This document shows, piece after piece, positions 58,822-64,000 of a stretch of DNA of 64,000 bases. The stretch is from assembly GCA_040220235.1 (NCBI GenBank), contig JAVJTO010000119.1; one strand, written 5' to 3'. The position numbers and the translations under genes were made by a program. The notes under the pieces are model-generated. The model searched no databases. It saw only the letters and a list, made by a program, of their open reading frames with translations, and was not told the origin of the DNA. Source of the stretch: Coleofasciculus sp. B1-GNL1-01. GTDB lineage: Bacteria; Cyanobacteriota; Cyanobacteriia; Cyanobacteriales; Coleofasciculaceae. Numbering within the stretch: the first letter of the stretch is position 1; each line of letters starts with the position of its first letter.

Positions 58822-59619
58822 GTGGTCAAAATCGTCACCATAAATATTTTGTTTGAAATGGACCGATGGGAACAGCGACGGGAACTTTTGGCAGCCGGAC
58901 TTAAGGAACAACAGGCGGATCTGATTGGGCTACAGGAGGTAAAGTTACCGGAAGATACCAGTGCTTGGTTAGCTAAGCAGCTAGGGATGCCCCACGTCTA
59001 TTTGATACCGTACCAAAAACCCCATCAAGCCCAACCCAAATATGGGGCTGCCATTTTGAGCCGTTATCCATTCCTACAGCAGGCGGAACTGGATCTGCAA
59101 GGTCAGGGGCGCAAAGCGCAGTATGTGCAAGTCGAAGTGGAGGGTCAACCCTTAATCTTGTGCAATGGGCATTATTTTTGGTCGCCCGGTTCCTCTCCCG
59201 AACGAGAAAAACAGATTCGGTTACTCCTGGATTGGTTGGGTAAATTTCTGCCAGAAATGCCTGTGGTGGCGGTGGGTGATTTTAACGCGAGTCCGGGTAC
59301 TCCGGAAATTAGTCTGATGCAATCTCAATTTACGTCAGCGTATGGGGCGCACCACGGACATGAACCAGAGTATACTGCTCCCACTCCCCTATGGCGCGGC
59401 TGGCGACGGATGCTACGTTATGCCCTAAGTAACTGGAAGCGCTACGGTAGGTTGAGACATGAGCGAGGAACACGGGATTATATTTTTTTCAATCAATATT
59501 TGCGTGTGCAAGACTGTCAACTTATTCTGACTGAACCTGCGCCTGATGACTCTACGCTGTACCCATCTGACCATTTTGGTTTGGCGGCTCAATTGGAATT
59601 TTTAGGTGGGGAAAATTAA
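58822..59619 (+). CDS. Endonuclease/exonuclease/phosphatase family protein
   Basis: TINI, GLQEV, VGDFN, DYIF and PSDH motifs; GTG start after AAAGGAG. Confidence 0.9.
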   Translation: MVKIVTINILFEMDRWEQRRELLAAGLKEQQADLIGLQEVKLPEDTSAWLAKQLGMPHVYLIPYQKPHQAQPKYGAAILSRYPFLQQAELDLQGQGRKAQYVQVEVEGQPLILCNGHYFWSPGSSPEREKQIRLLLDWLGKFLPEMPVVAVGDFNASPGTPEISLMQSQFTSAYGAHHGHEPEYTAPTPLWRGWRRMLRYALSNWKRYGRLRHERGTRDYIFFNQYLRVQDCQLILTEPAPDDSTLYPSDHFGLAAQLEFLGGEN

Positions 59620-59773
59620 AGTTAAAGATGGGGATTGTCATTGGTTATTTGTCATTTGTCATTTGTGATAATTGAATGGTTAGGTCGGGGCGGGTTTAGT
59701 TATATCAGGGTGAACACGAAACGTTAGTGGTAAAACCCGCCCCTACAAAAGATGTTTCATCAGAACGTCTCAG

Positions 59774-59845
59774 CTTCCCCATCTTCCCCATCTCCCCCAT
59801 CTTCCCCATCTCCCCCAGCTTGCCCTGCTCCCCCAGCTTCCCCTG
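59774..59845. repeat. C-rich 9-mer tandem repeats (STRR-like)
   Basis: (CTTCCCCAT/CTCCCCCAT/CTCCCCCAG)n; also at about 41062-41086. Confidence 0.8.
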
Positions 59846-60478
59846 CTACACCAATCCCTGCCCTTTTTGGGCAAATTCATCAATAGTTTGCTCAGATAAA
59901 TTGTGAGTCGTCATCGCATTCAACATCTCCAACGGAAGCGTCAGATGATCCGCCCCAGCGATTAAAGCCCCCGCCGCTTCTTCTGGTGATTTGAGACTTG
60001 CGGCTAAAATCTCCGTGGGACTATCTTTGAGGATAGCTGCCATTTCTCTAACCAACACCAAACCATCCCCTAGTAAACGAGTGGCGCGGTTTACATACGC
60101 GATCGCATATTTGGCACCGGCTTCTGTTGCAACAGCAGCTTGGGCGGCGCTGTAAATGGCGGTGACTGAACAGGGAATCTCTGGGAATAGATGGGCGACA
60201 ACCTGAAATCCTACGGTTGTTGCTGGAACTTTCAACACTGTTTTATCCCCAATAATCTCAAACGCTTTTCGTCCTTCTGTTACCATCCCCTGAAAGTCGG
60301 TTGCCATGAGTTGATAATACAGTTCTCCTGGGCTAATTGCCGCGAGTTGTTTCAGGGTTTTTTCTGGTGGTAAATCACTTTTGGCAAGCAGTGTCGGATT
60401 GGTGGTGATTCCCTTGACCCATCCCCATTTCTCTACCGTTTTCGCTTCACTGACTAATGCCGAGTCCAAATAAATCAT
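59846..60478 (-). CDS. Transaldolase/fructose-6-phosphate aldolase family protein
   Basis: IYLDSA, GITTNPTLL, Schiff-base Lys in LKVP and ILAASLK. Confidence 0.92.
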   Translation of the reverse strand: MIYLDSALVSEAKTVEKWGWVKGITTNPTLLAKSDLPPEKTLKQLAAISPGELYYQLMATDFQGMVTEGRKAFEIIGDKTVLKVPATTVGFQVVAHLFPEIPCSVTAIYSAAQAAVATEAGAKYAIAYVNRATRLLGDGLVLVREMAAILKDSPTEILAASLKSPEEAAGALIAGADHLTLPLEMLNAMTTHNLSEQTIDEFAQKGQGLV

Positions 60479-60548
60479 GATCGATTTTCCGTTATTTAAG
60501 GGACTTGCGGAAAAAATAGAATATGTGCCAACTGCACATCCAACTGGG

Positions 60549-60884
60549 TTAAGCGATCGCGTAACCTGTATAAGGGCGAACCTCTGGTGGCTGAAACCCT
60601 AGCACGATATCCGATGGAGGAACACCTGCGGCAACGAGTTCTTCGGTAATGCCATCTTCGATACCATCCCGTTGAATCCAGATTTTACCATCAATAATCT
60701 GAACATGGGTAAGGCAGCCGTGGACTCGGCGTTTTTGTTGCCAGCCTACATCTAACAACAAAAAATGGTTGCGATCGCGATCGACAATCAAATATTCATC
60801 TATTTTTCCGTAACTATAAGGAATATCGGCGTGTTTTTTTAGGACGTTTTCGATTGTCTCTCGATAGAACTCTAGGCGATCCAT
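60549..60884 (-). CDS. xisI: XisI family protein
   Basis: GWQQKRRVHG, GKIWIQRDGIEDGI and IVLGFQPPEVRPYTGYA. Confidence 0.92.
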   Translation of the reverse strand: MDRLEFYRETIENVLKKHADIPYSYGKIDEYLIVDRDRNHFLLLDVGWQQKRRVHGCLTHVQIIDGKIWIQRDGIEDGITEELVAAGVPPSDIVLGFQPPEVRPYTGYAIA

Positions 60885-61043
60885 TGCACAACCTCCTTGG
60901 CTTGTCTCAGCGTTAAATTACTGTATGCCATAAATAAGCTTAGGTTGTAGCCATCTCAATCCTAGCCAGTTGTGGGAATATAGGATAATAGGCGATAGGA
61001 TCTAGGGATAGAGACATCAACAGACTAGCGACAACGGCAATCT

Positions 61044-61730
61044 ATGGTTCAAACGAGCTTCCAGCAAGAGTCTTTACCCCCAGCGCTTGAAAGTGGCGAT
61101 CGCTTAAATCGTTATGAATTTGAGCGTCGTTATAACGCGATGCATTCTCTCCAGAAAGCTGAACTCATTGAAGGAGTCGTTTACTTGCCTGCTGCACTGC
61201 GTTTTAGAAGTCACGCTGAACCCCATGGAAATCTGATCGGCTGGCTATGGACTTACAAAATTTCTACGCCTAGAGTTGAGTTAGGAGATAATCCAACGGT
61301 ACGGTTAGATTTGGATAACTTACCCCAACCCGATGCTGTATTGTTAATTGATGAAAATGCGGGTGGACAGGCGAGACTTAGCGAAGATGATTATATTGAG
61401 GGTGCGCCAGAATTGGTAGCAGAGATTGCGGCTAGTAGTGTGGCGATAGACTTGCATGATAAAAAACGGGCGTATCGTCGCAATGGGGTGCAAGAGTATA
61501 TTGTTTGGCAAGTGTGTGAACGGAGGCTTGATTGGTTTTACTTGCAGCAGGGTGAGTATGTATCTTTGCCCGTGGATGAAGGGAATGTGATCCGGAGTCG
61601 AGTGTTTCCCGGATTGTGGTTAGCCGCTGATGATTTGTTAGCCGGAAATATAGGGAGGGTGTTGTCGGTGTTGCAGGAAGGTTTAGCTTCGGGAGAACAT
61701 GCAAGGTTTGTAGAACAATTGGTGTCATAG
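61044..61730 (+). CDS. Uma2 family endonuclease
   Basis: ELIEGVV, PQPD, PELVAEIAASS and YRRNGVQEY. Confidence 0.92.
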   Translation: MVQTSFQQESLPPALESGDRLNRYEFERRYNAMHSLQKAELIEGVVYLPAALRFRSHAEPHGNLIGWLWTYKISTPRVELGDNPTVRLDLDNLPQPDAVLLIDENAGGQARLSEDDYIEGAPELVAEIAASSVAIDLHDKKRAYRRNGVQEYIVWQVCERRLDWFYLQQGEYVSLPVDEGNVIRSRVFPGLWLAADDLLAGNIGRVLSVLQEGLASGEHARFVEQLVS

Positions 61731-61794
61731 CATTTTTAGAGTTAGATTGCACAACTGTAAAGCTTTAATTTCATAGTGAAACTTGGACAAGAAG

Positions 61795-62238
61795 ATGACT
61801 GAATCGCCGTATAGAGAGTTTGAAAAAACTGAGGTAACTTCACTTTCAGTAGATCTGATGTTAGAAACGTTTGTAAGTTTGGCAGAAGAACAGGATTTTA
61901 GCTTGGGAGTTACTCTAACTGTTCATGGCTTACTAATTTCTGGTCACATCATCAGTTTCCAGAAATATCTTGAGGGAATTGCTCAAAGCTTTGAGTCTGC
62001 CACGGGTAATCAGAAAATAGGTCAAATTATTGCTGAATCTTACCGGAATGCCAGTCAAGAGTATTCAGAAATCAGAAGAGCGCAAGGAATAGAAGAACTT
62101 CCTACTCGCCGATATATTCATCTATCTGATGCCAGATTTAGATTTGGTGACAGTGTTGTGTCTCCAGGAACAGGAGTTTATTGGAGGGGAAGATTAGACG
62201 AGGTTGATGGATTCTTTCTAGGCATCATCGAATCTTGA
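61795..62238 (+). CDS. GvpU-like protein
   Basis: GVTLTVHGLLISGHIIS, YIHLSDA and WRGRLDEVDGFFLG. Confidence 0.7.
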   Translation: MTESPYREFEKTEVTSLSVDLMLETFVSLAEEQDFSLGVTLTVHGLLISGHIISFQKYLEGIAQSFESATGNQKIGQIIAESYRNASQEYSEIRRAQGIEELPTRRYIHLSDARFRFGDSVVSPGTGVYWRGRLDEVDGFFLGIIES

Positions 62239-62279
62239 GTAAAGTAGATGGTAAGCTATTGAGAAACATGATTCACATT

Positions 62280-62750
62280 CTATCTAAGCGTCGAAAGTAA
62301 AAGGACACGGTGTAACGGAAAGCTGCTAGGCACAGTCCTAATTATTTGTTCGTCAGCCGTACACCATTGACAATTTAGGGTTTCCGCTAATCGGATGTAG
62401 GTCATGTCGTATGAACCTTTAGCATAGTCTACAGACATCTCCACTGCTGCTATGCACTCATCTTCAATTGCCGCAGATATTTGAATTGGAATCTGGAAAA
62501 AGGCTTTGGCAAACTCTACGGCTTGTGTTTTTTCGAGACGAGGTGGATTCCCTTTCACCTGTCCGCAGGCTCTTGCTAAAATACCACATACCTCATAAGG
62601 AAGAATTTGAGGAGCATATAATTCAACGTCATCAGCTAAACACGCTAGAAGGATATCGCTAGCTAGGTCAACATCGCTTTCTCTAGCATCCTTCAGAAAC
62701 CATTTAGCCGCCACGCTTGCGTCAATTACTAAACGCTCAGGTAGATTCAC
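62280..62750 (-). CDS. vapC: PIN-domain VapC toxin
   Basis: VIDASVAAKWF, YEV, YDMTY and TADE acidic PIN residues. Confidence 0.88.
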   Translation of the reverse strand: MNLPERLVIDASVAAKWFLKDARESDVDLASDILLACLADDVELYAPQILPYEVCGILARACGQVKGNPPRLEKTQAVEFAKAFFQIPIQISAAIEDECIAAVEMSVDYAKGSYDMTYIRLAETLNCQWCTADEQIIRTVPSSFPLHRVLLLSTLR

Positions 62751-63129
62751 GCATCTTCCTTAAAGTATCTACAATATTGAAGTTAACTGAACCCACCTCA
62801 TCCCGCAGCTTCTGAATGCGCTCATACAATTCTCGGCGCTCAGGTGAAAGCTTATCTAGTCTTTGCAATCTTTGCTGGGTTCTATCTAATCTATCGCTAC
62901 CAACCTGTGATATATGCTGTAGAGCATTAAATGCATCTTTTTCAGCTTTCTTTAGTATCTCAATTGATACATCCCGTTTTGGGGTTGGCAACCTGCTTTT
63001 CTTTTGTCTACAAGTCGAGAGATGAGGCAGTACAGCACTCCTCACCGATTCTACGATGAATTGCCTAAATGCCGCCTCATGTTGTTGTGTATCCCCTGTG
63101 ATTTCTATTCGGACAACTGTCATCACCAT
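62737..63129 (-). CDS. Putative antitoxin upstream of VapC
   Basis: Overlaps the vapC start; C-terminal IVDTLRKMRE resembles VapB tails. Confidence 0.5.
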   Translation of the reverse strand: MVMTVVRIEITGDTQQHEAAFRQFIVESVRSAVLPHLSTCRQKKSRLPTPKRDVSIEILKKAEKDAFNALQHISQVGSDRLDRTQQRLQRLDKLSPERRELYERIQKLRDEVGSVNFNIVDTLRKMREST

Positions 63130-63188
63130 ATCATCGATCCTGTCGTGACTTTGTTAGAACTAAATTGACCACCAAAAGCGCTGTAAAA

Positions 63189-63455
63189 TTAAGGACTTTC
63201 GTCTGTTCGATCCAACGAAGTGCTAGACTTTATATTGGGAGCAATGGCTTGATTTTCCTGCATAATTCTAATCAGAAATCGCAGAGCTTCATTGACTGCC
63301 TCAGCATGAGGAAACATCTCTGCAACATCAGGTTCTAAGCGTACAGTTTTTCCGGCAAAACTTTTCCGTCCAGAGCCTAACTTTCTAACTCGTAAACTCT
63401 TTAAGTCGTATTCTGCTCGCAGATCATCTTCCATATCTGTCTTAACCCTCTTCAT
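63189..63455 (-). CDS. BrnA-like antitoxin
   Basis: DDLRAEYD...VRLEPDVAEMFP..EAVNEALR; lies downstream of a BrnT-like gene. Confidence 0.75.
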   Translation of the reverse strand: MKRVKTDMEDDLRAEYDLKSLRVRKLGSGRKSFAGKTVRLEPDVAEMFPHAEAVNEALRFLIRIMQENQAIAPNIKSSTSLDRTDESP

Positions 63456-63713
63456 AAGCTTCTCGTTCAGCTTGCGTTACAACTCTTGCACTAATCAGGC
63501 GAATCAAATCTCCTTTTTCTGTATACGATACAATGAGTAAACGTCCCCGGTTTGATTCTCCAACAATAAGATAACGCTCCTCATCCTCAGAATGATCGGG
63601 ATCGTAGAAGTCAACATAAAGCGGATCATCAAAAACGGTTTTGGTTCCTCAAATGAAACTCGGTGCTTTGACAAATTTGTTGCCGCTTTGTTGTCGTCCC
63701 AGTCAAAATTAAT
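63442..63713 (-). pseudogene. BrnT family toxin, frameshifted
   Basis: INFDWDDNKAATNLSKHRVSFEE, then a 1-nt deletion near 63645, then KTVFDDP...EERYLIVG...IRLISAR; start reads ATT. Confidence 0.8.
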
Positions 63714-63842
63714 AGAATGATTATAACATCAAGTATTTGAAGGGATTTTTCCTGCGATCGCCCATCGCCGTAGGTTGGGTTGACGCCGGAAACCCAACAT
63801 CCACTCCCATCCAACATCAATGTCAAATTTAGCGATCGCACA

Positions 63843-64000
63843 ATGGATATCCAATTGAACTACAGAGACATCATTAAAGAAATACTACGCCGAACACGCC
63901 GACTATCGAGCTTCCCTGCCTGACAGCTATGACTCCTACGTTCTATTTGATGATCAACGAGGACGCTATTTAGTCTTGGATATTGGCTGGAATGATGATA
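63843..64000 (+). pseudogene. xisI: XisI family gene, 5' part, with +1 frameshift (runs off window)
   Basis: MDIQLNYRDIIKEIL, then an extra nucleotide, then AEHADYRASLPDSYDSYVLFDDQRGRYLVLDIGWNDD. Confidence 0.7.

Overview
This is a 64-kb chromosomal window from a cyanobacterium, shown by frequent HIP1 GCGATCGC sites, STRR-type heptamer repeats, GTAG-REPs, XisI/Uma2 genes and PEP-CTERM proteins; a filamentous Oscillatoriales-like host is an inference. Core loci are udg, exbD x2, trmD, cphB-cphA (cyanophycin), a TrcR-like RHH repressor with its operator and a divergent HNH/alr0857-like operon, gntK, urtABCDE with an NtcA-type promoter, tRNA-Tyr/tRNA-Thr, UPF0182, CoA-disulfide reductase-rhodanese and a transaldolase-family gene. 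Five accessory highlights: (1) An AT-rich island next to tRNA-Thr carries an integron-integrase remnant and a 165-aa ORF joined to an nSTAND1-TM-WD40/PDZ ORF by a canonical-looking -1 frameshift signal (A_AAA_AAG, stop, spacer, hairpin at 49049-49091). (2) A protein-less IscB/IsrB-type omegaRNA (HEARO-like) element at 4696-4990 sits exactly at the start codon of a PEP-CTERM gene. (3) A sigma-like/DUF1822/CHAT-periplasmic-sensor triad has its promoter and 5' end duplicated 11 kb upstream, fused to a pentapeptide gene. (4) A HIP1-flanked ABC-type ATPase plus PD-(D/E)xK gene pair is a defence candidate. (5) Several MITE families, gene fragments and a decaying toxin-antitoxin cluster are present. 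All calls come from reading motifs by eye; no database search was run.
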